Source of the DNA: Octopus sinensis | Lineage: Eukaryota | Reading direction: 5' to 3' | Assembly: GCF_006345805.1 (NCBI RefSeq) | Contig: NC_043023.1 | Coordinates: 20,708,001 to 20,772,000, forward strand | DNA length: 64,000 nucleotides | Shown here: one piece after another, positions 11,241-23,522 of the stretch | How the letters are laid out: each line of letters opens with the position of its first letter | Position numbering within the stretch: the first letter of the stretch is position 1 | The notes under the pieces: model-generated | Seen by the model: only the letters and a program-made list of their open reading frames with translations | Database searches by the model: none | Told to the model about the DNA's origin: nothing | Program-made: the position numbers and the translations under genes

Positions 11241-12218
11241 GTATTTATTCTCCTCTCTCTCTCTTATGCTTTTATCACATTATTATTATTATTATTATTA
11301 TTCTTACAAGGTGGCAAGCTGGCAGAATCGGAGAGGGCACTTGCCCTTAGTGTTCAGGCAAATCTTGGACTGTGGGGTTCCTCTTCGATTATCTCTCGGG
11401 GGCCCTCCTCTGTTATTTCTTTCTTTTTCTGTTGTATTCTATGTATGCTTCCTTTCATCATCATCATCGTCTAACGTCCGTTTTCCATGCTAGCATGGGT
11501 TGGACGGTTCGACTGGGGTCTGGGAAGCCAGGAGGCTGCACCAGACTCAAGTCTGATCTGGCAGAGTTTCTACAGCTGGATGCCCTTCCTAACGCCAACC
11601 ATTCTGTGAGTGTAGTGGGTGCCTTTCACGTGCCAGACGAGGCTTGCAACGGCCACGATAGGTTGGTGCTTTCTATGTGACACTGGTACAGGGATCACAT
11701 CTACAATTTCCATTGATTTTTGATGTTGATGTACTTGACTCAGTAGGTCTCCTCAAGCACAGGGTCGAAACGGTGTTTCTTTACTTGCCACCTACACAGG
11801 AGTCATTCCAGTGGCACTGGCAACGGCCGGGTGCCAGTCATAGGATTTGGTTCGATTTCGATTTCACTTGCCCCAACAGGTCTTCGCAAGCTATTTATTT
11901 GTTTTATTGTATATCAGATGTTGGGTGTCACGAAGGGGGCATCAAGGGATTGAGACTCGTTGCGGTTTACTTTGCTTGAGATGACACGTCAGCCTAAGTA
12001 AAATCGTTGTTGTCCTTGCAAACAGGTATGTCCTCCTGTATCCCTTTTTAGCTGAGTGATCCTGATGTTGTGGGTGCTGTGTAGAAGCACCTAGTACCCT
12101 CTGTAAAGTGGTTGGCGTTAGGAAGGGCCTCCGGTTGTAGAAACCATGACAAAAGAGAGATGAGGCTGGCCAGTTCCCGTCAAACTGTCCAACCCATGCC
12201 AGCATGGCAAAATCAACT

Positions 12219-12442
12219 TTAACACGTTGACACCTGAGCCTCGTTTTACGTTTTATCCCAGGGTCCCAATACGATACCTTAATTAATTTTGACATGTGTG
12301 ACGTAATGTTTTTACACTATACCATACCTCTCAGAAAGCCCATAGGAAAGAAATTGAAAAGCAGCCTGCTGGTGGGTTGGGTGGGACTTGCTAACATACC
12401 ACCATGACCCACCGGTAGGATGTGTGGGAGACAACGTGTTAA
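12219..12442. mobile_element. piggyBac-like MITE, second family
   Basis: TTAA-cacgttg...caacgtg-TTAA; related copy at 37214-37436. Confidence 0.6.
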
Positions 12443-12901
12443 ATGATGAGGATGATGAGGAGGATGATGTATACTTCCCAAGCCACAATCTAATGAGTGA
12501 AACCAGTATAAGATACAAGGTGTGTTTGTATATCTGGGACCTCAAGGGTATTCCCAGGCACTTGCCACATCTATATTTCTCTCTTCCGTTACTTAACCAT
12601 CCTTGCGAGTACGCCTGGCATTTTTCCACCATCTTTATCCTGCTGTCTCCAACCTCTCTCTCTCTCTCTCCCCTCCTGCACTTCCCTCTGGTTGGGTAAC
12701 CATGTATTTCCTTTGCAGTTGTGCACCTGTTTCTCTCTTCATTCCTGCTCCAGCTGGGTAACCTTGTACTTCCTCTACAGCCAGACACCCGTCTCTGTCT
12801 TTCTGCCTCATTATAACCTTTCATCACCTCCTCCAATGCACCCTCCCCTCTTGAAAATTTTTTTTTCGTCTTGGTGACCCTGTCAGTACGGGTACCACGC
12901 A

Positions 12902-14565
12902 GAAAGCACCCAGTTCAAACTGTAAAGTGGTTGGTGTTCGGAAGGGCATCCATCTGTAAAAACCTTGCCAAAACTGACCTCACCTCTGCTTGTGCCATGT
13001 AAAAAGCACTAAGTCCACTTTGCTGAGTGGTTGGTGTTCGGAAGGGCATCCAGCTGTTAAAACCTTGCCAAAACTGACCTCAACTGTGCTTGTGCCATGT
13101 AAAAAGCACTAAGTCCACTCTGCTGAGTGGTTGGTGTTAGGAAGGGCATCTAGCTGTTAAAACCTTGCCGAAACTGACCTCACCTGCGCTTGTGCCACGT
13201 AAAAAGCACCAAGTCCACACTGTAAAGTGGTTGGTGTTCGAAAGGGCATCCAGCTGTTAAAACCTTGCCGAAACTGACCTCACCTGCGCTTGTGCCACGT
13301 AAAAAGCACTAAGTCCACACTGTAAAGTGGTTGGTGTTCGGAAGGGCATCCAGCTGTTAAAACCTTGTCAAAACTGACCTCACCTGCGCTTGTGCCACGT
13401 AAAAAGCACCAAGTCCACACTGTAAAGTGGTTGGTGTTCGGAAGGGCATCCAGCTGTTAAAACCTTGCCAAAACTGACCTCACCTGTGCTTGTGACACGT
13501 AAAAAGCACCAAGTCCACACTGTAAAGTGGTTGGTGTTCGGAAGGCATCCAGCTGTTAAAACCTTGCCAAAACTGACCTCACCTGTGCTTGTGACACGTA
13601 AAAAGCACCAAGTCCACACTGTAAAGTGGTTGGTGTTCGGAAGGGCATCCAGCTGTTAAAACCTTGCCAAAACTGACCTCACCTGCGCTTGTGCCACGTA
13701 AAAAGCAATAAGTCCACACTGTAAAGTGGTTGGTGTTCGGAAGGGCATCCAGCTGTTAAAACCTTGCCAAAACTGACCTCACCTGCGCTTGTGCCACGTA
13801 AAAAGCACCAAGTCCACACTGTAAAGTGGTTGGTGTTCGGAAGGGCATCCAGCTGTTAAAACCTTGCCGAAACTGACCTCACCTGCGCTTGTGCCACGTA
13901 AAAAGCACTAAGTCCACACTGTAAAGTGGTTGGTGTTCGGAAGGGCATCCAGCTGTTAAAACCTTGCCAAAACTGACCTCACCTGTGCTTGTGACACGTA
14001 AAAAGCACCAAGTCCACACTGTAAAGTGGTTGGTGTTCGGAAGGGCATCCAGCTGTTAAAACCTTGCCAATACTGACCTCACCTGCGCTTGTGCCACGTA
14101 AAAAGCACTAAGTCCACACTGTAAAGTGGTTGGTGTTCGGAAGGGCATCCAGCTGTTAAAACCTTGCCGAAACTGACCTCACCTGTGCTTGTGCCACGTA
14201 AAAAGCACTAAGTCCACACTGTAAAGTGGTTGGTGTTCGGAAGGGCATCCAGCTGTAAAAACCTTGCCAAAACTGACCTCACCTGCGCTTGTGCCACGTA
14301 AAAAGCACCAAGTCCACACTGTAAAGTGGTTGGTGTAAGGAAGGGCATCCAGCTGTTAAAAACCTTGCCGAAACTGACCTCACCTGCGCTTGTGCTACGT
14401 AAATAGCACCAAGTCCACACTGTAAATTGGTTGGTGTTCGGAAGGGCATCCAGCTGTTAAAACCTTGCCGAAACTGACCTCACCTGCGCTTGTACCATGT
14501 AAAAAGCACCAAGTCCACACTGTAAAGTGGTTGGTTTTAGGAAGGGCATCCAGCTGTTAAAATCA
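12902..14565 (+). repeat. tandem array, 100-bp unit x about 16-17
   Basis: aaaaagcac(c/t)aagtccacactgtaaagtggttggtgttcggaagggcatccagctg... recurs at 13201, 13301, 13401, 13501; runs into a family C tail. Confidence 0.95.
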
Positions 14566-14679
14566 TGCCAAAACAGTCAAGAAAGTCTGGAGTTTCACCG
14601 GCTCCTGTCAAACCATCCCACCCATCCCAGCATGGAAGGTGGACATTAAACAATGATGATGATGATGATGATGATGATG

Positions 14680-14975
14680 AATGCAAATATATGGGAAACT
14701 ACCACCTGTATCATCTCTTGGGAAAGGTAGGAGAGTCCAGTTTGCTGGACATTGTTGTAGAGCTGAAAAATAGGTAATTTCTACTCTTCTCCTCTGGAAG
14801 CCATCTACTCGCAATACCAGAGGGTGCACACTCTCCTACCCTGATGTAATCTCCAGGGATACAGGCATCCAGCAACAGGACTTCCGTGATGCTATGATGG
14901 ACCGTGAAGTCTGGCGTAGCATGGTAAATTCCATTGTCTCGACCACGGTCGAACAATGATGATGATGATGATGAT
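14680..14975 (+). mobile_element. RTE(-X)-type LINE 3' fragment
   Basis: same sequence family as 6585-7111, opposite strand, (GAT)n tail. Confidence 0.75.
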
Positions 14976-15023
14976 GATACTTCTTGTATCTATAATTTTT
15001 TTGTCTGTTTTGTTTCCTTTCAG

Positions 15024-15170
15024 GAATTACTGGATAAAGTCACTAACTTCCAGACTGAAGTCCAGGCTGCTCTCGCCGAGAAGAGTCTTGATTCCAAAAA
15101 ACTGGAGAAGTTTATGGATTTTGGAATAACACTTGATGTTGATTTACCTGAGATTCCCAAATTGAAGCAG
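15024..15170 (+). CDS. KDM5: KDM5 exon f (PLU-1)
   Basis: tttcag/GTAAGT; ELLDKVTNFQTEVQAALAEKSLDSKKLEKFMDFGITLDVDLPEIPKLKQ; phase 0/0. Confidence 0.93.
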
Positions 15171-15238
15171 GTAAGTTCGTTAAACATATGGTAGCAGCTT
15201 GTCCTGATATAGTTGATGGGGCTGGCGAGGAATGGTGG

Positions 15239-15465
15239 TTAACACTTTAGTATTTAAACCGGCCATATCCGGCCAAAAGAGCTAATCTGTGTTATGTTCA
15301 AACTGGCCAGATCCAGGCTCTCACACCTACCCTACAATGTTATTCTACATTAAGTAATTACACCATAAAGGTCTTGAAGATATGAGATAATGCATGATTA
15401 ATTCAAATCAATGGGAATCAATAGGCATTATGTTTGATAGAATAATCTGAACACTAAGGGGTTAA
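15239..15465. mobile_element. piggyBac-like MITE, third family
   Basis: TTAA-cactttag...ctaagggg-TTAA. Confidence 0.5.
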
Positions 15466-16214
15466 ACAGGGACATGCTGCCTGGGTAGGCAAAGTAGGTA
15501 TTGCCTACCCTGAATAAAATAGATTGATAGTAACATTTTCCTTGTATGGCAAAATATGCCCCTAATTCAATAAAATTATGAAGGTTACTTTGATTACTAT
15601 GCATAAAAGGCAAAATATTTTATTTCTTTTTAGAGCAGGTAACTGGCTTCCGTGCCGGTGGCACGTAAAAGGCACCATTCGAGCGTGGTCGTTGCCAGTA
15701 CCGCCTGACTGGTCCCCTTGCCAGTGGCACCTAAAAAGCACCCACTACACTCTCGGAGTGGTTGGCGTTAGGAAGGGCGTTCAACTGTAGAAACTCTGCC
15801 AGATCAAGATTGGATCCTGGTGCAGCCATCTGGTTCCCCAGCCTTCGTCCGACCCATGCCAACATGGAAAGTGGACGTTAAACAATGATGATGATGATGA
15901 TTAGGTAGGCATGATTCACTCATGCCTTTTAATCTCAGTATTAAAACTACACACAGAACTCCTACAACACCATCTTCCTTACGTGCTATAAATCTGCCTT
16001 CAACTCAGTCGAGTGCCCAGGTTTCGTTTATTTTTTGTGTGTTTTACTACATAACCGTCACCAAGTGCCTACCCTGAGTAATTTCTGATGGTACGTGCCT
16101 GGTTGGTGGCATATTAAACCTTTTCATGCCAACCTGCTTCTGGCCGCCCTTCGCCTGATGACATAAACTTTCTGCTGAAAGTGATTCAAATTAAAATCTT
16201 CCATCAAAATAGCA

Positions 16215-16692
16215 TAGCTGTGTGGTAAGTAGCTTGCTTACCAACCACATGGTTCCAGGTTCAGTCCCACTGCACGGCACCTTGGGCATGTGTCTTCTAC
16301 TATAACCTCGGGCTGACCAAAACCTTGTGAGTGCATTTGGTAGACGGAAACTGAAAGAAGCCCATCGTATATATGCATATATATATATGTGTGTGTCTAT
16401 GTTTGTCCCCGCAACATCGCTTGACAACCGATGGTGGTGTGTTTACGTTCCCGTAACTTAGCGGTTCGGCAAAAGAGACCGATAGAATAAGTACTAGGCT
16501 TACAAAGAATAAGTCATCTATAGGGATAGGAGTGGCTGTGTGGTAAGTAGCTTGCTTATGAACCACATGGTTCCGGGTTCATTCCCACTGTGTGGCACCT
16601 TGGGCAAGTGTCTTCTACTATAGCCTTGGGCCAACCAAAGCCTTGTGGGTGGATTTGATTGACGAAAACTGAAAGAAGCCCATCGTATATAC

Positions 16693-16733
<41 letters not shown>

Positions 16734-16920
16734 ACCCCCCCCCCTCACTATCACTTGATGACTGATGGTGTTTACGTCCCTGTAATTTAGCGGTTCGGCA
16801 AATGAGAACAATTGAATAAGTACTAGGCTTACAAAGAATTAGTCCTGGGGTCGATTTATATGACTTAAACCCTTGAAGGCAGTGCTCCAGTATGGCCGCA
16901 GTCAAATGACTAAAACAAAA
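16215..16920 (+). mobile_element. two tandem family B SINEs
   Basis: two heads and bodies. Confidence 0.8.
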
Positions 16921-16969
16921 AAAAAATAGTGTGTTTACCTGTGTAATCTGCTCCCCGTGTCTCCTTCAG

Positions 16970-17178
16970 GTGCTTCTGCAAGCCCGATGGCTCGATGAGG
17001 TGAAACACACTTCACAGGATTCCTGCGACATGACTTTAGAAGTGATGCGGAAGCTGATCGAATCAGGCGTGGGGCTCGCGCCACACCCTGCCGTCGAACG
17101 GGCCATAGCCGAGCTTCAGGAGTTACTTACGATCAGTGAAAGGTGGGAAGAAAAGGCACGCTTGTGTCTACAGGCAAG
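16970..17178 (+). CDS. KDM5: KDM5 exon g (PLU-1)
   Basis: cttcag/GTTCGT; [12 protein letters not shown]...[38 protein letters not shown]; phase 0/2. Confidence 0.95.
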
Positions 17179-17189
17179 GTTCGTCTTTC

Positions 17190-17705
17190 GACTCCTTTAC
17201 TTTTCCATTTTGACCCCTTTCCCATCTTCATCATCTGCAGTAAATGCATTTTTTTTTCCTAAAGTTTGTTCACTTTCTTCTACCCCCGCCCCTCCTTCTC
17301 ACACCTCCGTCACCATTCTCCTTTACTTTTCCATTTTGACCCCTTTCCCATCTTCATCATCTGCAGTAAATGCATCTTTTTTTTCCTAAAGTTTGTTCAC
17401 TTTCTTCTACCCCCAGCCCCCTCCTTCTCACACCTCCGTCACCATTCTCCTTTACTTTTCCATTTTGACCCCTTTCCCATCTTCATCATCTGCAGTAAAT
17501 GCATCTTTTTTTCCTAAAGTTTGTTCACTTTCTTCTACCCCCGCCCCCTCCTTCTCACACCTCCGTCACCATTCTCCTTTACTTTTCCATTTTGACCCCT
17601 TTCCCATCTTCATCATCTGCAGTAAATGCATCTTTTTTTCCCTAAAGTTTGTTCATTTTCTTCTACCCCCAGCCCCCTCCTTCTCACACCTCCGTCACCA
17701 TTCTC
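17190..17705 (+). repeat. tandem array, about 128-bp unit x4, filling most of a 552-nt intron
   Basis: ctcc unit starts near 17192, 17318, 17447, 17574, 17703. Confidence 0.92.
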
Positions 17706-17730
17706 CGTTGTCTTCTCTTCTCTCGATCAG

Positions 17731-17869
17731 GCCTCGCAACGTAATGTCAACCCTTGAAAGTATCATAGCAGAAGCTAACGACATAAAGGCTTATTTACCG
17801 AATGTGTCTGCCCTGAAGGAGGCCCTACACAAGGCCAAAGAGTGGACGTCGAAACTAGAAGCTGTCCAA
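17731..17869 (+). CDS. KDM5: KDM5 exon h (PLU-1)
   Basis: gatcag/GTAAGT; RPRNVMSTLESIIAEANDIKAYLPNVSALKEALHKAKEWTSKLEAVQ; phase 2/0. Confidence 0.93.
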
Positions 17870-17998
17870 GTAAGTCTCTCTTTCTCTTTCCTTATCGTCT
17901 CCACGTTTGTACATCACGGCCAAGTGGTGGCTAAGAAGATGGATTTACAATCAACGATGAAGCCCCAGGTTCAATCCCAATCTATGGCGTTGTTTTGA

Positions 17999-18195
<197 letters not shown>

Positions 18196-18528
18196 AGGGC
18201 TTGCAGTCGGCAGGTGGATGTCTCCGGGATCGTTCGGCAGGATGCCCGAGACGTCAGCCTAAGACGCCGTCAGAAGTGGGGTCTAACTTGGAAAATCCAC
18301 CAACACGGCTGCCAAACACTCTGTGCTGACATTCTTGAATCATACAAGCAATAGATCGAATCCCAGTTTCTGATGCCCAACGTTAACCCATAGTGTTGCG
18401 AGGAGGTTTTGTGGTACCAGAGGACCAGGATGCTTTTTATACCAGTTTCATAAATGAAATGTCGCCCCCCCCACTCTCCACTGGCTGCCGATATGTTGAA
18501 CCTGTTGAACCTCTCTAAAAGACTAGAT

Positions 18529-19039
18529 CAATGGTCCCTAACCTGTGGACCATGGACACCTAGTGGTTCACAAAGGTGGTACTAGGGGTTTGTGAACTAC
18601 AAAATTTCATGTGGTAAGAAGCTTGCTTCCCAACCACATGGTTCCCGGTTCAGTCCCACTGCATCGCACCTTGGGCAAGTGTATTCCACGATAGCCTCAG
18701 ACCTGACCAAAGCCTTGTGAGGGGATTTGGAAGAGGGAAACTGAAAGAAGCCTGTCGTGTGTGTGTGTGTGTGTGTGTCTGATCATCGCTTGACAACCGA
18801 TGTTGGTGTGTTTACATCCCTGTAACTTAGTGGTTCAGCAAAAGACACTGTAAGAATAAGTCCTGGGGACAATTTGTTTCACTAAAGGCTGTGCTCCAGC
18901 GTGGCCACAGTCAAATGACTGAAACAAGTAAAAGAATATACATACACATACATAAAGGATAAGCATATTAAAAGGTGTCCGTGGGAGAACTCATTTAAAT
19001 AAAAGGGGTCCTTTGTAAGGAAACGGCTGGGAACCACTG
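18529..19039. mobile_element. hAT(Charlie)-like MITE with a nested SINE
   Basis: caatggtccctaacc...ggctgggaaccactg TIRs; 8-bp flanks gactagat/tactagaa; SINE inside at about 18610-18935. Confidence 0.6.
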
Positions 19040-19788
19040 TACTAGAATATACTTGAGTCACTCCCTCTGTGTGGAATGGGAATGTTGGCTCGAAGACGTT
19101 TCATCATCATCAACATTTAACGTCCGTTTTCCGTGCTAGCATGGGTTGGACGGTTCGACCGGGGTCTGAGAAACCAGGAGGCTGCACCAGGTCCAGTCTG
19201 ATCTGGCAGTGTTTCTAACGCCAACAACTCCGTGAGTATAGTGGGTGCTTTTTACGTGCCACCGGATGCTGGCAGTGGCCACGATCAGTTGGTGCTTTTT
19301 ACGTGCCACTGGCACAGGTATCACAACTACAATTTCCATTTGATATTTATTTTGATGTTGACGTACTTGACTCAATATATATAAAATCAATAATAATAAA
19401 GGGTAAAATTAATGAATTAATTAATAATTAATAATTCTACCAAGTAGTTTCGGCATGTTAAAAGGACCATTATCGGTAAACTTAAACAATAATTTTTATA
19501 ATTATGAGTATAATTATAATTAGGGTTCAGCCAAAAAATCCACTTCACCCAACACCGAAACTCAACAATTAATATTCTGACTTGGAATAAATAGAATACG
19601 AAACCATTTTTGAAAATCTGGTCAATTTCTCCTGCCCTGCATCCACGGCCCTTTCTTTGTCCCCAATACCTGATATAAAGTTTTTCGCTGCTCCATCGGG
19701 GCGGTGCTAGTACGACCGATTTTCAGCAGCGTTGTCTTAACTCTGATATTTTCAATAAATTCTCATCTCATTTTGTTTTTAACTACAG

Positions 19789-19815
19789 GAAGAGTGGCGG
19801 ACCAAAAGCAAAGAG
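19789..19815 (+). CDS. candidate 27-nt in-frame KDM5 micro-exon (EEWRTKSKE)
   Basis: polypyrimidine tract + ctacAG before and GTAATT after; phase 0/0 matches the flanking exons; no homology support. Confidence 0.3.
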
Positions 19816-19975
19816 GTAATTATCATCATCATCATCATTATTTTTATTGAGACGGTGAGCTGGCCGAGATGTTAGTGTTGCAGACAAAATTCTTAGCTGC
19901 ATTTCTTCCAGGATTCAGGTTCCAAGCTCAGATGCCACCGAGGTCAACTATTCATCCTGTTGAGGTTGATCAACC

Positions 19976-20111
19976 CAGGGCTGAGCAGTTGGGGTCGGAA
20001 ACAATTAAGGGGTAGTTGGGGTCAGAGTTGGTAAAATAGGCCACAATCACTTAATTACATAGAGGAACCGGAGTCGGAGTCAAAGTTTTTTGTTTTGACT
20101 CCACAGCCCTG
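19976..20111. mobile_element. short TIR element (cagggctg...cagccctg)
   Basis: 8-bp TIR and internal ggagtc repeats; no clear TSD. Confidence 0.4.
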
Positions 20112-21182
20112 GTTACTATATTTCATCATCATCATCGTTTAACGTCCGTTTTCCGTGCTAGCACGGGGTGGACGGTTCGACCGGGGTCTGGGAAGCCAGG
20201 CGGCTGCACCAGGCTCCAGTCTGATCTGGCAGTGTTTCTACAGCTTGATGCCCTTCCTAACGCCAACCACTCCGTGAGTGTAGTGAGTGGTTTTTACGTG
20301 CTACCGGCACAGGTGCCAGTCAAGGTGGCGCTGGCATTGGCTACATTCGGGTGGTGCTTTTTATGTGCGACCAGCACAGGTATCACGTAAATATAAGTTT
20401 TTAGACTGGGTTCATTAAACAACTTTAACCTTTTTATTTATCGACATCTTTAATATGATTTTTGGAACACAATTGAAGAAAAGGTTCTTAATTCCGTTGC
20501 ATAACTTTTGTCTCAAAAGTGACTCTAATTACAGGTAAATACAGGTAAACCACAAGCTATCTTTGTTTCTTGGTTTGTTTACTTTCTGTGTAACGGTTTG
20601 TTTCTGTAGTGATCACTTCAAACAAGCTAACATTTGCTTGATTTCTCCATGTTTTCAGTTGAAAGCCCCTTAAATTCAGAATAGAGTCACTACTTGATAG
20701 CATCAAACTCCTATCCATTTTAAAAGCTGAAAAATAAAGAAATGTTGGGGGCAAAAAAAAAACTCCCTCAAAATACACACAGCTCAGATATCACGTCCGT
20801 GTGAGAGATACTGTAACTTGACTATTTACAAAGTGAAATCCCGAATGTACTAACGAGATTTGTGCGGAAACTCACGTTTAGATAAGAATGGGTACACTCA
20901 TCCACCTTTCACTGGGTTGCTTGTTTGAGCCCAAAAACTTCCCAGCCAGTTGCAGCTGGGTTCACAGTGAAAGGGTTAGGGCAGTGAGCTGGCAGGGGTT
21001 GTTAGCATTCTTAGCTGCATTTCTTCAAGTATTTATGTCCCGAGTTCAACTTTGCCTTTCATCCTTTTGGAGTTGATTAAATAAGTACCAGTCATGCACT
21101 GGAGTTGATGTAATTGACTTAGACTCCACACTAACCCTAAACTTACCACTCCTAATATTAATGGCCTTGCGCTAAAATTTCA

Positions 21183-21546
21183 AGTGGCTGTGTGGTAAGA
21201 AGCTTGCTTTTCAACCACGTGGTTGCGGGTTCAGTCCCACTGCATGGCACCTTCTATTATAGCCATGGGCCGACCAAATCCTTGTGAGTGGATTTCGTAG
21301 ATAGAAACTGAAAGAACCCTATCATATATATGTGTATGTGTGTGTGTCTGTTTGTCCTACATCATTGTTTGACAACTGATGTTGGTGATTTTACATCCCT
21401 GTAACTTAGCGGTTCGGTAAACGAGACTGATATAGTAAGTACTAGGCTTACAACGAATAAGTCTTAGGATCAATTTCTTCAACTGAAAGCCTTTAAGACA
21501 GCGCTCCAGTATGGCCACAGTCAAATGACTGAAGCAAGTAAAAAAG
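21183..21546 (+). mobile_element. SINE family B
   Basis: full copy; tail-to-tail with the next copy. Confidence 0.8.
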
Positions 21547-21553
21547 TAAATAT

Positions 21554-21928
21554 CTTTTACTTGTTTATTCTTTTATTCGTTTCAGTCATTTTGACTGTGG
21601 CTATGCTGGAGCACTGCCTTTAGTCAAACAAATTGACCCCAGGACTTATTGTGTGTAAGCGTAGTAATTATTCTATCAGTCTCATTTACCAAACTGCTAA
21701 GTCAAGCGATGGTGTGGGGGTGGACAAACACAGACAGACAAACATATACACACACAGACACATATGATGGGCTTCTTTCAGTTTCCGTCTACTAAATCCA
21801 CTCACAAGGCTTTGGTCAGTCCTAGGCTGTAGTAGAAGACACTTGCCCAAGGTGCCACGCAGTGGGACTGAACCTGGAACCATGTGGTTGGTAAGCAAGC
21901 TTCTTTACCGTACAGCCATGCCAGTCCC
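21554..21928 (-). mobile_element. SINE family B (inverted)
   Basis: full reverse-complement copy. Confidence 0.8.
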
Positions 21929-22721
21929 TATATATTCATAATTAAATAGTATTTGTAATTGTATGAAAAAAAAAAACAGTGTTAAACTCTTATGTGTGTT
22001 GCGCAAACTGATTATATTGCCCCTAAATTTTACTGATAGAATTTGATACGGACCCCTAAAGGGTCACTAGGGTCTCAGTTGACAATGACTGTTGAGCAAA
22101 GTTGGGAGGTAACTGTAGAAACGTGAAGCGAAGTTTAAGAAATTTTCTTGTCTGGCAATAAAGTTGATCATCTTGGTTTTGGAATTTGGCACAGTTTCTA
22201 CAGCTCTAGATGCCCTTCCTAACGCCAACCACTCCGAGAGTGTAGTGGGTGCTTTTACATGCCACCAGCACGGGGGCCAGTCAGGTGGTACTGGCAACGA
22301 CCTCGCTTGAATCCTTTTATACATGCCACCAGCACAGGTGCCAGAAGGCGATTTTGGTAATGATGACGCTCGAATGGTGCCCTTTTTACGTGCCCACTGG
22401 CACGGAAGCCAGTTAGCTGCTCTGGTAACGATCACGCTCGGATGGTGCTCTTGGCACCCTACTAGCACGGGCACAAGTGCCAGAAGGCAACGCTAGTAAC
22501 GATCACGTTTGAATAGTGCCTTTCACGCTCGAATGGTGCCATTTAAGTGCCACTGGCACGGAAGTCGGTTAGTCGCTGTCAGTAATCACGCTCGTATGGT
22601 GTTCTTTGCACCCTGCTAGCACGGACGCCAGTCATCGAATTTGATTTTGCTTTTGATTGATTGATTGATTGATTTCACTTGCCTCACTCTCTCTCTCTCT
22701 CTCTCTCTAAATGTCTTCCAG

Positions 22722-22904
22722 CAAAACTGTAAACTCTACCCCTATCTGGACGTACTGGACAACCTGGTCAATAAAGGACGTCCAATTCCAGTACGGCTTG
22801 ACCAGCTACCTCAGGTTGAATCACAAGTGGCTGCGGCCAAGTCTTGGCGAGAACGGACTGCCAGAACATTCCTCAAGAAAAATTCTACATACACTTTACT
22901 GGAT
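22722..22904 (+). CDS. KDM5: KDM5 exon i
   Basis: ttccag/GTAAGG; [61 protein letters not shown]; phase 0/0. Confidence 0.95.
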
Positions 22905-23047
22905 GTAAGGGGCCTATTTTTTTTTTTTTTTGCATGTTTGGTGTTTGATAATTTCTTTGACTTCTTTTTTTTTTGTCACTGTTCCCCCACCCCCCGCCAT
23001 CATCATGGTTATCATTGTAATTAATACAGCTCCTAATATTATTTTGT

Positions 23048-23440
23048 GGAGGCGCAATGGCCCAGTGGCCCAGTGGTTAGGGAAGCGGGACTCGCGGTCG
23101 GAGGATCGCGGTTTCGATTACCAGACCGGGCGTTGTGAGTGTTTATTGAGCGAAAACACCTAAAAAGCTCCACGAGGCTCCGGCAGGGGGTGGTGGTGAT
23201 CCCTGCTGTACTCTTTCACCACAACTTTCTCTCACTCTTTACTTCCTGTTTCTGTTGTACCTGTACTTCAAAGGGCCGGCCTTGTCACTCTCTGTGTTAC
23301 GCTGAATATCCCCGAGAACTACGTTAAGGGTACACGTGGTCTGTGGAGTACTCAGCCACTTACACGTTAATTTCACGAGCAGGCTGTTCCGTTGATTCGG
23401 ATCAACCGGAACCCTCGTCGTCGTAACGACGGAGTGCTTC
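23048..23440 (+). mobile_element. SINE family G
   Basis: same head as 5823 and 8085, different tail. Confidence 0.72.
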
Positions 23441-23522
23441 CTCCTCCTAATATCATTTTTATTTCTAAGGCGTCTTCATATAAAAAAATATATTTATTGA
23501 TTATATTATTTCTAAATAAACC

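Noticed and set aside
12312-12877. ORFs of 174 aa (-) and 103 aa (+)
   Set aside because: No recognisable domain; they span a MITE, a GAT repeat and a CT microsatellite
16156-16190. CTGATGA...GAAA
   Set aside because: No pairing for stems I-III
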